A stretch of 64,000 nt of DNA, taken from NCBI GenBank assembly GCA_964558525.1, contig CAZLEK010000001.1:22443-86442 (forward strand), given 5' to 3'. The DNA comes from an uncultured Candidatus Brevefilum sp. (GTDB lineage: Bacteria; Chloroflexota; Anaerolineae; Anaerolineales; Anaerolineaceae). Positions 8,965 to 17,764 of the stretch are shown here, piece by piece. Below the pieces are notes generated by a model, which worked only from the letters and a program-made list of their open reading frames with translations, made no database searches and was not told the origin of the DNA. A program made the position numbers and the translations under genes. The number at the start of each line of letters is the position of its first letter. Position 1 is the stretch's first letter.

Positions 8965-9135
8965 ATGCGGTTAACACCTCCAAAACAAATTGTTTTCTTG
9001 CTTTCATTGATCCTGGGCATCCTGGGACTTCTTGGTTTTTTCATAGAGATCTCATTTGTTTCAACACATCGATTTTGGTTTGTGGTCATCGCATGGGGGC
9101 TGCTGGTTCTGGGTGGATTGTTTGATAATTTTTAA
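8965..9135 (+). CDS. 56-aa two-helix membrane protein, paralog of 8131..8301
   Basis: ATG at 8965, TAA at 9133..9135. Translation: MRLTPPKQIVFLLSLILGILGLLGFFIEISFVSTHRFWFVVIAWGLLVLGGLFDNF. 26 of 56 positions are identical to the first copy, with the same length. Confidence 0.65.
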   Translation: MRLTPPKQIVFLLSLILGILGLLGFFIEISFVSTHRFWFVVIAWGLLVLGGLFDNF

Positions 9136-9222
9136 ATGGCATCGACTTCAACAGTTTTTATCAGGGCGTCAAATTCTCCCCTTTGACAGTGATAAGAATT
9201 TTTTTAAAGTTTATGTTAAATA

Positions 9223-9251
9223 TTGACAGTGAAAAATACGCATGCTATAAT
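9223..9251 (+). promoter_or_regulatory. Consensus sigma-70-type promoter upstream of sufC
   Basis: TTGACA (9223..9228), an exact 17-nt spacer, then TATAAT (9246..9251), about 70 nt before the sufC ATG. Confidence 0.6.
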
Positions 9252-9320
9252 TCTTCTGCTCTAGAGAAATAAGATAAATAAGATAAAATAGGATTAAAAT
9301 ATCCGAATGAAGGAGATTGG

Positions 9321-10097
9321 ATGCCGGAACTAACCATTAAAAATCTGTATGTTTCCATCGAAGATACGCCAATCATAAAAGGGTTGAATTTGACCATGCA
9401 TAAGGGTGAAGTGCACGCCATCATGGGCCCCAATGGCACCGGCAAGTCGACCCTTGCTTATGCTGTGATGGGGCATCCTAGTTATGAGATCACCGACGGT
9501 GACATTCTTCTTGATGGGAACAGCATTCTCGATATGGCGCCCGATGAACGCTCCAGGGAAGGCGTTTTCCTCGCTTTTCAATATCCTGTCTCCATTCCTG
9601 GTGTGACCGTCGCCAACTTTCTGCGTACAGCGCTAAATGCCCGCCGGCGGGCGGCTGATCCGCCTAAAGAGGATATTTCCGTGCTTGAATTTCGGAAATT
9701 GCTGAAATCGAAGATGGACCTTCTGGAAATGGAATACGCGTTTGGCGGACGTTATTTGAACGAAGGTTTCTCCGGGGGTGAGAAAAAACGCACCGAAGTC
9801 CTCCAGATGGCTGTTTTGGAACCGTCCTATGCTATCCTGGATGAAACGGATTCCGGCCTGGACATTGACGCGATCCGGATTGTCTCTGAAGGCGTCAACT
9901 CGCTTAAAGGCCCGGGAATGGGCGTGATGGTGATCACACACTACCAGCGCATTTTAAACTATATCAGGCCAGATTTTGTGCACGTGATGTTTGACGGCCG
10001 GATCGTTGAATCAGGCGGGGAAGAGCTCTCCTTGCAGCTGGAGGAGCAGGGTTACGATTGGGTGCGCGAGAAATATGGCCAGGAAGAAACAGCCTGA
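9321..10097 (+). CDS. sufC: Fe-S cluster assembly ATPase SufC
   Basis: GPNGTGKST Walker [13 protein letters not shown] signature and [10 protein letters not shown] Walker B; AAGGAG RBS. Confidence 0.95.
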   Translation: MPELTIKNLYVSIEDTPIIKGLNLTMHKGEVHAIMGPNGTGKSTLAYAVMGHPSYEITDGDILLDGNSILDMAPDERSREGVFLAFQYPVSIPGVTVANFLRTALNARRRAADPPKEDISVLEFRKLLKSKMDLLEMEYAFGGRYLNEGFSGGEKKRTEVLQMAVLEPSYAILDETDSGLDIDAIRIVSEGVNSLKGPGMGVMVITHYQRILNYIRPDFVHVMFDGRIVESGGEELSLQLEEQGYDWVREKYGQEETA

Positions 10098-10124
10098 GTT
10101 TACCAGTGAATTTGGAGGTCTTCT

Positions 10125-11537
10125 ATGGGTAAAAACCCGAAGACTGAATTTTTAGAAGAATTTGGCGAATACCAATTTGGTTTCAGCGATCCAGATACTT
10201 TCGTGTTTAAAAGCCGCAAAGGTCTGGATGAAACAGTTGTCCATCAGATCTCCCAAATGAAGGGAGAACCGGAATGGATGCTGGCGTTTCGGCTGAAAGC
10301 CCTGAAGCATTTTCAGGATCGGCCGATGCCCACCTGGGGAGCGGATTTAAGCGACCTGGACCTGGATGATATTTTCTATTACGTCAAACCCACTGAGAAG
10401 GAAGGCCGCACCTGGGAAGAGATCCCGGACACGATCAAGAATACCTTTGATAAACTGGGCATCCCAGAAGCGGAACAGAAGTACCTGTCTGGTGTGGGAG
10501 CGCAGTATGAATCGGAGATGATCTATCACAGCGTCAATGAAGAACTCAAGAGCAAAGGTGTAATCTTCTTGTCGATTGAGGAAGGCCTGCGGCAGCATCC
10601 CGAGATATTCCGAGAATACTTCTCAACGGTCATCCCCATCCAGGATAATAAGTTTGCCGCCCTGAACAGCGCAGTCTGGTCCGGTGGTTCCTTTGTGTAT
10701 ATCCCGCCGGGTGTGAAGGTTGATTTGCCCTTGCAGGCCTATTTTCGCTTGAACTCAGCCAATATTGGCCAGTTTGAGCGTTCATTAATTATTGCCGATG
10801 AAGGCGCCCAGGTACACTATGTGGAAGGTTGTACTGCGCCGACTTATTCAACCAACTCCTTCCACAGCGGCGTGATAGAAATTGTTGTCAAGAAGAACGC
10901 CCGGGTCCGCTATACAACGATCCAGAACTGGTCAAGCAATGTCTACAACCTTGTGACCCAACGCGCCAAAGTTTATGAGAACGGGACCATGGAATGGGTG
11001 GACGCCAATCTGGGGTCAAAGACCACCATGAAATATCCCTCTTGTTATTTGCTGGAGCCAGGCGCTCACGGTGAGATCCTTTCGGTAGCCTTTGCAGGTC
11101 CCAACCAACATCAGGATGCCGGCGGAAAAGCGATCCATTTTGCGCCAAATACCAGCAGCAAGATCACATCGAAATCAATCAGCCGGGGCAATGGTCGTTC
11201 TTCATACCGCGGGCTGCTTAAGATTCACCCCAAGGCGGAAGGATCAAAATCAAACGTGGTATGTGACGCGCTCCTCCTGGACCCTGAATCACGGTCAGAC
11301 ACCTACCCGTATATCGAGGTAGATGCCCAAGATGTGACTTTGGGCCACGAGGCAACCGTCTCAAAAGTGGGCGAGGAGCAGCTATTTTACCTGATGAGCC
11401 GCGGGCTGAGTGAGGAAGAGGCCACCACGATGGTTGTCTCTGGCTTCATTGAACCCCTGGTCAAAGAACTACCAATGGAATATGCTGTTGAAATGAACCG
11501 ATTGATCCAATTACAGATGATCGGTTCCGTTGGATAA
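10125..11537 (+). CDS. sufB: Fe-S cluster assembly scaffold SufB
   Basis: 470 aa with typical SufB blocks ([42 protein letters not shown]). Confidence 0.95.
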   Translation: MGKNPKTEFLEEFGEYQFGFSDPDTFVFKSRKGLDETVVHQISQMKGEPEWMLAFRLKALKHFQDRPMPTWGADLSDLDLDDIFYYVKPTEKEGRTWEEIPDTIKNTFDKLGIPEAEQKYLSGVGAQYESEMIYHSVNEELKSKGVIFLSIEEGLRQHPEIFREYFSTVIPIQDNKFAALNSAVWSGGSFVYIPPGVKVDLPLQAYFRLNSANIGQFERSLIIADEGAQVHYVEGCTAPTYSTNSFHSGVIEIVVKKNARVRYTTIQNWSSNVYNLVTQRAKVYENGTMEWVDANLGSKTTMKYPSCYLLEPGAHGEILSVAFAGPNQHQDAGGKAIHFAPNTSSKITSKSISRGNGRSSYRGLLKIHPKAEGSKSNVVCDALLLDPESRSDTYPYIEVDAQDVTLGHEATVSKVGEEQLFYLMSRGLSEEEATTMVVSGFIEPLVKELPMEYAVEMNRLIQLQMIGSVG

Positions 11538-12903
11538 TCAGAAAGAAGAACATCAAACGATGACGAATGCGCCAAAGATTATCACCCGGAAAAAATCAAG
11601 CCGTGTCCGGCAAAGGCCCGAAGATTTTAAGTTCACCCACGAGCAGCTGCCGAAACTTGACGGAGAACTACGAGCTTACCACGAAAAAGCCTGGGAAGCA
11701 TATTCTAGGCTTCCCTTTCCAACATTAAAAGACGAACCTTGGCGCAGGACGGATATTCGCGGTTTAAACTCCGAGAACTTTTCATTGGCGAATGGCCAAT
11801 TCAAGCATCAACCGCCCGAACGGTTTCTGGATCCGATCGTCACTGGTGAGCGGCGAGCGGGTCAAATTGTGTCTGGCGCGGTAGAAGCTCAGTCGCGATT
11901 GGAAAGCGCGTTGGCTGAACAAGGTGTCATTTTTTTGGATTTTGCATCCGCTGAAAGAGAGCATCCTGAAGTACTCAAAGAATTCTTGGGGAAAATCGTA
12001 AAACCAAACGAGGATAAATTCACAGCTCTTGCCGCTGCGCTGGCCCAGGACGGCGTGTTTCTATTTGTGCCGAAGAACGTAAAAATCGACCAACCCCTAC
12101 ACAGTTTATTCTGGGGCGTTGGTGAGAATGCGGCCTATTTCAACCATATTTTAGTCTGGTTGGAAGAGGGCGCTGAAGCCACTTTTGTACATGAGTCAGC
12201 TTCACCACCGTCTGAGAAGGAAGGGCAGATTTTTCATAATGGGATTGTTGAGCTGCACGTTGGCCGGAATGCCCGGTTGAACTTTGTGGAACTTCAGTCA
12301 TGGGGAACAAATGTTTGGTCCTTCACCCGTGAACGCGCCCATGTGATGGGTGACGGCAGCCTGGAATGGATTTTCGGCGCGATGGGCACCCACCTGACCA
12401 AGAATTTTTCTGATATTGACCTGATGGAACCCGGCGCAATGGGGCGGATGTCAGGGTTTTATTTCACCAGCGGTGACCAACACCTGGACCATGATACCCA
12501 GCAGAATCATATGGCTGAGAATACGACCAGTGATTTGCTGTATAAAGGGGCATTGAAAGACCAAAGCCGTTCTGTCTGGCAGGGGATGATATATGTAGCC
12601 CCCGGGGCGATCGGCACAGATGGTTACCAGGCCAATCGCAATCTGGTGCTCAGTAAAAACGCTCGGGCGGACTCAATCCCCGGGTTGGAGATCCTGGCGG
12701 ATGACGTCCGCTGCACCCATGGCGCGACGGTGGGTAAGATCGATGAAGACCAGCTTTTTTATCTTTTCAGCCGAGGTATTCCGCAAAAGGAGGCAGAAAA
12801 GCTGATTGTGATGGGATTCTTTGACCCAATCATGGCCCGGATTCCATTTGAAGGCGTTCAAATCCGCTTCCAGGATGCGATTCGCGAGAAAATGTCTGAA
12901 TAG
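11530..12903 (+). CDS. sufD: Fe-S cluster assembly protein SufD
   Basis: SufB/D fold blocks ([23 protein letters not shown]). The start is uncertain: TTG at 11530 or ATG at 11560. Confidence 0.9.
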   Translation: MDNQKEEHQTMTNAPKIITRKKSSRVRQRPEDFKFTHEQLPKLDGELRAYHEKAWEAYSRLPFPTLKDEPWRRTDIRGLNSENFSLANGQFKHQPPERFLDPIVTGERRAGQIVSGAVEAQSRLESALAEQGVIFLDFASAEREHPEVLKEFLGKIVKPNEDKFTALAAALAQDGVFLFVPKNVKIDQPLHSLFWGVGENAAYFNHILVWLEEGAEATFVHESASPPSEKEGQIFHNGIVELHVGRNARLNFVELQSWGTNVWSFTRERAHVMGDGSLEWIFGAMGTHLTKNFSDIDLMEPGAMGRMSGFYFTSGDQHLDHDTQQNHMAENTTSDLLYKGALKDQSRSVWQGMIYVAPGAIGTDGYQANRNLVLSKNARADSIPGLEILADDVRCTHGATVGKIDEDQLFYLFSRGIPQKEAEKLIVMGFFDPIMARIPFEGVQIRFQDAIREKMSE

Positions 12904-13022
12904 ATACTAAATCCAGAAAATTTTTATAAAAGACTAATAGAAAATGGCGCTCAAATCTGCTAAAATAGTTAAGTTGAGCTGTGTGAAAAAATGATGACGA
13001 AATGATTGTTTCAGGAGGATTA

Positions 13023-13316
13023 ATGGCTAGATCACCATTTATGAGGCCACCCGAAGAAGATACGACTTATCAGGTGGGCGATCAAGTTGAGGTGTATTGC
13101 GACCACGAGAAGAACGGTGATCGTATTCGCGATTGGGTGCGGGGTATTGTGGTGCAGGTGGATGAAAAAATGGTTGCCGTACAGTTTCGAACCAATGTAT
13201 ACCTGACGGATGGCTGGATGGTCCCGGACCATATTCTTTGGTTTCCTTTTGATTCAAAGCTTCTCCGCCAGGCAAAAAAGGATTCGACCCGCCCGACGGG
13301 TTATCAAACCACATAA
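13023..13316 (+). CDS. Small hypothetical protein, possibly SH3/Tudor-like
   Basis: AGGAGGA (13013..13019) precedes the ATG at 13023. Contains YQVGDQVEVYCD...WVRGIVVQVDEKMVAVQF. No family assignment possible. Confidence 0.5.
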   Translation: MARSPFMRPPEEDTTYQVGDQVEVYCDHEKNGDRIRDWVRGIVVQVDEKMVAVQFRTNVYLTDGWMVPDHILWFPFDSKLLRQAKKDSTRPTGYQTT

Positions 13317-13343
13317 GGGGACAAAAAAACGGATCAATCATCA

Positions 13344-13373
13344 AATGGCGGGCCGTAGTTTGCCCGCCATTTT
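13344..13373 (+). terminator. Hairpin / weak terminator between the small ORF and the Rieske gene
   Basis: Perfect 10-bp stem: AATGGCGGGC (13344..13353) pairs with GCCCGCCATT (13362..13371), followed by a short T run. Confidence 0.45.
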
Positions 13374-13390
13374 CTACAAAAGGTGGTCGT

Positions 13391-13711
13391 GTGTCAGAGA
13401 TTGTTTATTATCCTGTTTGTCATGCGGATGAGTTGCCGCCAGGAGAACGGTTATTTATCACCATCGGCGATTTACCCGTCGTCATCTTTAATATCGCTGG
13501 AGAGTCCTATGCGATTGAAGACCTCTGCACCCATGATGACGGTCCCCTGGGTGAAGGGGAGATTGAAGATCATGAGATCATTTGTCCCCGACATGGGGCC
13601 AGGTTTGATATCCGCACTGGCGAGGTGCTGGCCTTGCCCGCCGTAAAGGGTGTGGCCTCTTTTCCGGTCAGGGTCAAGGATGGCATGGTTGAAATTGGCG
13701 TGGAAACCTAA
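13391..13711 (+). CDS. Rieske [2Fe-2S] ferredoxin-type protein
   Basis: CTHDDGPL...CPRHGARF Rieske motifs; GTG start preceded by AAAGGTGG. Confidence 0.85.
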   Translation: MSEIVYYPVCHADELPPGERLFITIGDLPVVIFNIAGESYAIEDLCTHDDGPLGEGEIEDHEIICPRHGARFDIRTGEVLALPAVKGVASFPVRVKDGMVEIGVET

Positions 13712-13748
13712 CAGTTATCGTGGTTAGGGGCGGGAGTATTGATCATGC

Positions 13749-13785
13749 AAAAAGGCTGTCCATATTTACCCAGGACAGCCTTTTT
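13749..13785. terminator. Bidirectional rho-independent terminator
   Basis: 13-bp stem: AAAAAGGCTGTCC (13749..13761) pairs with GGACAGCCTTTTT (13773..13785). An A-run and a T-run flank it, between convergent genes. Confidence 0.65.
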
Positions 13786-13789
13786 GCGT

Positions 13790-14446
13790 TTAATAAACCT
13801 TGTCGCCAAACTGGCCCACGATCCTGAGGATGTCAAAACCCTCGGCAAATGGCCTTTCGGCCAGAGCGCCGTGCCGGATGGCAGTGGCGTGGATGATGTC
13901 CTCATCAAAATAATACTTATCAGCGTAGGTCTGGTAAGCCTTTAATGCCTGGATCTTCTTGCGGACTGCTTCTTCGGATACTTCCACCAGGAAGTGCGGG
14001 AAGAAGCCATAACTCGAGCGTAATACATCAAACCCCAAAACCGTCGTCCCTCGGAAGGCGCGCAGGGCTTCTTCGGTGATGGTTTTATGATCCTGGTGAA
14101 TGTCTTGAGCGGTGTGTACAAAGACAACTTCGGGGTGATATTTTCGCTTGAGTCCAATCATCACTTCCAGGATGTCCTGTCGGGCCGCTTGAAAACGCCG
14201 GGTTGTGAAATCATGCAGGATGGCATTTTCTGGTTTAACGCCAAGGATCGCCATGGATTGGCCGTGTTCTGCAACCAGGTGCTGCAAGTCAGGGTTTTTT
14301 TGATTGTCCGACAGGGTCACGCAGACCACATTGGTCTGATCAACGATGTCGGCAATCAATGCGCCGCAGCCCAGTTCGATATCATCTGGATGGGCGCCGA
14401 TGAAACAAACTGTTTCACCGAAAAAGGTCATATTATGGTTCATCAA
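13790..14446 (-). CDS. PIG-L/LmbE family deacetylase
   Basis: GAHPDDIELGCG motif and a HQDH motif; 218 aa. Confidence 0.85.
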   Translation of the reverse strand: MMNHNMTFFGETVCFIGAHPDDIELGCGALIADIVDQTNVVCVTLSDNQKNPDLQHLVAEHGQSMAILGVKPENAILHDFTTRRFQAARQDILEVMIGLKRKYHPEVVFVHTAQDIHQDHKTITEEALRAFRGTTVLGFDVLRSSYGFFPHFLVEVSEEAVRKKIQALKAYQTYADKYYFDEDIIHATAIRHGALAERPFAEGFDILRIVGQFGDKVY

Positions 14447-14453
14447 AGGGTCC

Positions 14454-15260
14454 CTACTTTGTCGCCAGGATGCCGCCCACGACCTTGGTCATCACCAGTT
14501 GGCCGTCACGTTCAAACCATTCCTGGGCAACTGATGCGATTTTACCCATGATATTTTCGAAATCTTCTTTGGTCTGGAAAAATGTGTTCCAAAGCAGGCG
14601 GTCTTCTGAAAGAGAAGCCCGAGTGTAAGCCAAAAAGGGCTCCACGGTGGGGAAGGTAAGTGGGTTTTCGAACACATGCAGTTCGACAGCAGAGAACTGT
14701 TCTTTAACGGTATCCAGGATTTCAGAGGCATACCTGGAGCTGCCAGGCATTGGGGGGATCTGCTTACCGGTCGCTTCTTCAATGATCTCATAGAACATTT
14801 GCTTGTTTTCGGGCATGGGGCCGGTGCTGAAAAGGCGGCCGCCGGGTTTGAGAACCCGATGCATTTCTTTGATCGTAAAGGGGATGTCCTCTGCGTAATA
14901 GATGGCGAAACAGCACGAGACGAGATCATAAGTGTCGGCCTTGTAGGGGAACGTCTTGTTGAAATCCAATTCTTCGAAACAAACCCGCTCGCCTAGTTTT
15001 TTATTTTCTTCTTTAGCTTTGTTGAGCAGAGATTCGGAGACGTCTCCGCCGGTGATATCTGCTTTGCCGCTGAGGTGGGCAAGGAAAGAAAAACATTGTT
15101 TGCCGGCGCCGCAGCCAACATCCAGGATTTTCATCCCCTGTTCAAGGGGCAGCACTTTCAGCATCCATTTATCAATATCGCGCGCGCCGTAGGCGTCGTG
15201 GATGTTGATGCGGGTCAACAGGTCACTGGTCGTTTCTTGGTAATTAATTTTCATGGTCAT
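14454..15260 (-). CDS. Class I SAM-dependent methyltransferase
   Basis: ILDVGCGAGK motif I. I place the start at MTMKINYQ (15260); the track's longer form would overlap hypE. Confidence 0.8.
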   Translation of the reverse strand: MTMKINYQETTSDLLTRINIHDAYGARDIDKWMLKVLPLEQGMKILDVGCGAGKQCFSFLAHLSGKADITGGDVSESLLNKAKEENKKLGERVCFEELDFNKTFPYKADTYDLVSCCFAIYYAEDIPFTIKEMHRVLKPGGRLFSTGPMPENKQMFYEIIEEATGKQIPPMPGSSRYASEILDTVKEQFSAVELHVFENPLTFPTVEPFLAYTRASLSEDRLLWNTFFQTKEDFENIMGKIASVAQEWFERDGQLVMTKVVGGILATK

Positions 15261-15324
15261 CCTTTTTATCTCTGGTTTTGTTGTTGATAAGTATAGTTGG
15301 GAATTTGTGGGTTGGTCAAGCTGC

Positions 15325-16401
15325 TCAGCAAATCCTGGGCAGGAGCTCCCCGGAGAGCATGTCCAGCATGCGGGTGGAACCAAAGGCGGTTTGAAGCAGC
15401 ACCTGTCCGGGATTTTGAGCATAAACCGTGCCAATTCGCATAGCCATAGAGCCGTAGGGTGAATTTCGCATGCTCTCCAGCGCCTTGTCGGCGGCTTGCT
15501 CAGGCAGGATCACGATCAGCTTACCCTCATTAGCCAGGTAAAGGGGATCGAAGCCCAGCATCTCACAGGCGGTGCGCACTTCCCTTTGGATCGGGATGGC
15601 TTCTTCTTCTAACCGGATGCTAACCTGACTCTGGCAGGCAATCTCTTTCAAGGTGGTTGCCAAACCGCCGCGGGTGGGATCACGCAGGACGTGCACCTGG
15701 GGGATTTCACCCAACAAGGCCTCAATCATTCCATTTAAGGGGGCGACATCGGATGTGATGTTGGATTCAAAACCAAGCTCACCGCGCGCCTGTAATACGG
15801 CTATGCCGTGATCACCTAAGGTGCCAGAGACCAAGACAGCGTCACCCGGCCGAGCGAACTGACCGCCAATTTGCCTACCATCGGGGATGAGGCCTACCCC
15901 GGCTGTATTAATGAATAATCCATCCGCGCTGCCTTTTTCAACCACTTTTGTATCCCCGGCGACGATGTGCACTTGCGCCTCCCGGCAGGCCTCTGCCATG
16001 GAATGAATCACCTTCTCAAGGGTTTCCATGGGGAAGCCTTCTTCGATGATAAAACCAGCTGTCAGGAATTGCGGCTGGGCGCCGAGCATGGCCACGTCAT
16101 TGACCGTCCCGCATACAGCCAGGCGGCCGATATCCCCGCCGGGATAAAACAAGGGAGAGACCACATGGGAGTCCGTGGATATGGCGATTTTCCCGTTCGT
16201 TTGGGTCAGTTTCACTCGGGCGGCGTCGTTGCCCTCAGCAAGATATGGATTGCCTAGCTGGCGCTGGAAGACATTCTGGATCAGGTCACGGGTCATCTGC
16301 CCACCGCTGCCGTGGCCGATCACCACGGTTGCCGTGTGTCGGTGGGGAATGGGGCACATGGGTCCTTGCATCTGGATGGGTTCGGGATTTTGATCGCTCA
16401 T
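15325..16401 (-). CDS. hypE: Hydrogenase maturation protein HypE
   Basis: AIR-synthase-like fold ending in the typical PRIC C-terminus. The ATG at 16401 overlaps the hypD stop (ATGA). Confidence 0.93.
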   Translation of the reverse strand: MSDQNPEPIQMQGPMCPIPHRHTATVVIGHGSGGQMTRDLIQNVFQRQLGNPYLAEGNDAARVKLTQTNGKIAISTDSHVVSPLFYPGGDIGRLAVCGTVNDVAMLGAQPQFLTAGFIIEEGFPMETLEKVIHSMAEACREAQVHIVAGDTKVVEKGSADGLFINTAGVGLIPDGRQIGGQFARPGDAVLVSGTLGDHGIAVLQARGELGFESNITSDVAPLNGMIEALLGEIPQVHVLRDPTRGGLATTLKEIACQSQVSIRLEEEAIPIQREVRTACEMLGFDPLYLANEGKLIVILPEQAADKALESMRNSPYGSMAMRIGTVYAQNPGQVLLQTAFGSTRMLDMLSGELLPRIC

Positions 16402-17513
16402 TGACCTTCTTCTCTGGCAAAGCGGTAATAGGCTGCGCAGGCTCCCTCTGAGGACACCATGGGCGCCCCGAGAGGGGATTGGGGCGTACAGAGGGTGCCA
16501 AAAGCCGGGCATTGATTAGGTTTCTTTAGCCCTTGCAGGACCTGCCCGGCAATGCAGATCTTTGATTCTTTGGTTTGGATCTCAGCGGTCTCAAACCGAT
16601 GGACGGCATCAAATGGCGCAAAAGCGGATCGGAGGCCAAAACCGCTCTGGGGGATCGTGCCAATCCCGCGCCAGTTACGGTCTACGGGTTTGAAGACTTT
16701 TTGGATTAGTTTTTGGGCAGCCTGATTGCCTTCAAAACTGACTGCGCGGGGATAAGCGTTCTCAACGCTCACCCGACCTGCTTCAAGGAGCTTAACCGTT
16801 TCCAGGATGCCATTCACCAGGTCTAATGGCTCAAAGCCCGTCACGACAATCGGTGTTTGGTACTGCTCTGCAATCGGGGGGTATTCCCAATAGCCCATGA
16901 CCGCGCAGACATGTCCGGCCGCCAGGAAGCCCTGAATGCGGTTTTCTGGGCTGGAAAGGATAGCGTGCATGGCTGGCGGAACCAGCACGTTGGCTGGCAG
17001 AATGGTGAAATTTGTTAGATCCAGCTTCTGAGCCTGGAGAACCGCCATGGCGTTGGCCGGGGCTGTGGTCTCAAAGCCGATGGCAAAGAATACAACTTGT
17101 TGGTCGGGATGTTCCTGGGCGACTTTGACGGCATCCATCGGAGAATAAACCACCCGTACATCTCCACCGTCAGCGCGTACAGAGAATAGATCTGCCTGCG
17201 ACCCGGGTACGCGCAGCATGTCGCCAAAGGAGGTGAAGATCACCCCAGGCTGCCGGGCGATCCACAGGGCTTGATCGATCAATTCCAGGGCAGTCACACA
17301 GACCGGGCAGCCTGGACCATGGACCAGTTCGATTTCGTCGGGCAGGAGCTGGTCGAGGCCAAACTGCATGATCGCGTGGGTTTGGCCCCCACAGATCTCC
17401 ATCAGGGTCCAGGTTTGGGTCACCCTTTCCCGGATCTCATGGATGACCGCTTTAACCAGGCGTGCATCCCGGTAACCAGCGAGAAAATCGGGCGCGTTTT
17501 GAGAGGGCATCAA
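16398..17513 (-). CDS. hypD: Hydrogenase maturation protein HypD
   Basis: 371 aa with [14 protein letters not shown] and GFETT motifs. Confidence 0.95.
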   Translation of the reverse strand: MMPSQNAPDFLAGYRDARLVKAVIHEIRERVTQTWTLMEICGGQTHAIMQFGLDQLLPDEIELVHGPGCPVCVTALELIDQALWIARQPGVIFTSFGDMLRVPGSQADLFSVRADGGDVRVVYSPMDAVKVAQEHPDQQVVFFAIGFETTAPANAMAVLQAQKLDLTNFTILPANVLVPPAMHAILSSPENRIQGFLAAGHVCAVMGYWEYPPIAEQYQTPIVVTGFEPLDLVNGILETVKLLEAGRVSVENAYPRAVSFEGNQAAQKLIQKVFKPVDRNWRGIGTIPQSGFGLRSAFAPFDAVHRFETAEIQTKESKICIAGQVLQGLKKPNQCPAFGTLCTPQSPLGAPMVSSEGACAAYYRFAREEGQ

Positions 17514-17515
17514 AC

Positions 17516-17761
17516 TCAGCTCTCACTTTCATCAGCCAGGTCTGACATCTCCTGCAAAATCTCGAGGGTTTCCCGGGCTTCCTCTTCGCTGAGCAAATTC
17601 AGGGCGAAACCTGCATGGACGATTGTCCAATCTCCGGGTTTGGCCTCCGGGATCACCTCAATACAGGCCTCCCGGCTGACGCCGCCGAAATCAATTTTTG
17701 CCATTTTGGTGCCGTGATCTTCATAAATGGAGAGTATTTTGCCTGGAATTCCAAGGCACAT
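17516..17761 (-). CDS. hypC: Hydrogenase maturation chaperone HypC
   Basis: 81 aa with an MCLGIPG N-terminus. Confidence 0.9.
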   Translation of the reverse strand: MCLGIPGKILSIYEDHGTKMAKIDFGGVSREACIEVIPEAKPGDWTIVHAGFALNLLSEEEARETLEILQEMSDLADESES

Positions 17762-17764
17762 GGT

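Noticed and set aside
8820-9089. The N-terminal 90-aa extension of the second LysM ORF (track ORF 8559..9089)
   Set aside because: The extension overlaps the conserved 56-aa paralog on the other strand (8965..9135) and has no counterpart in the first LysM protein. An internal ATG at 8819 with a purine-rich RBS gives a compact LysM protein.
15261-15434. The long N-terminal extension of the methyltransferase ORF, and likewise 16402..16512 for hypE
   Set aside because: The extensions overlap the upstream gene's coding region and are Pro/Cys/Arg-rich. Internal ATGs give normal-length proteins and, for hypE, an ATGA overlap with hypD.
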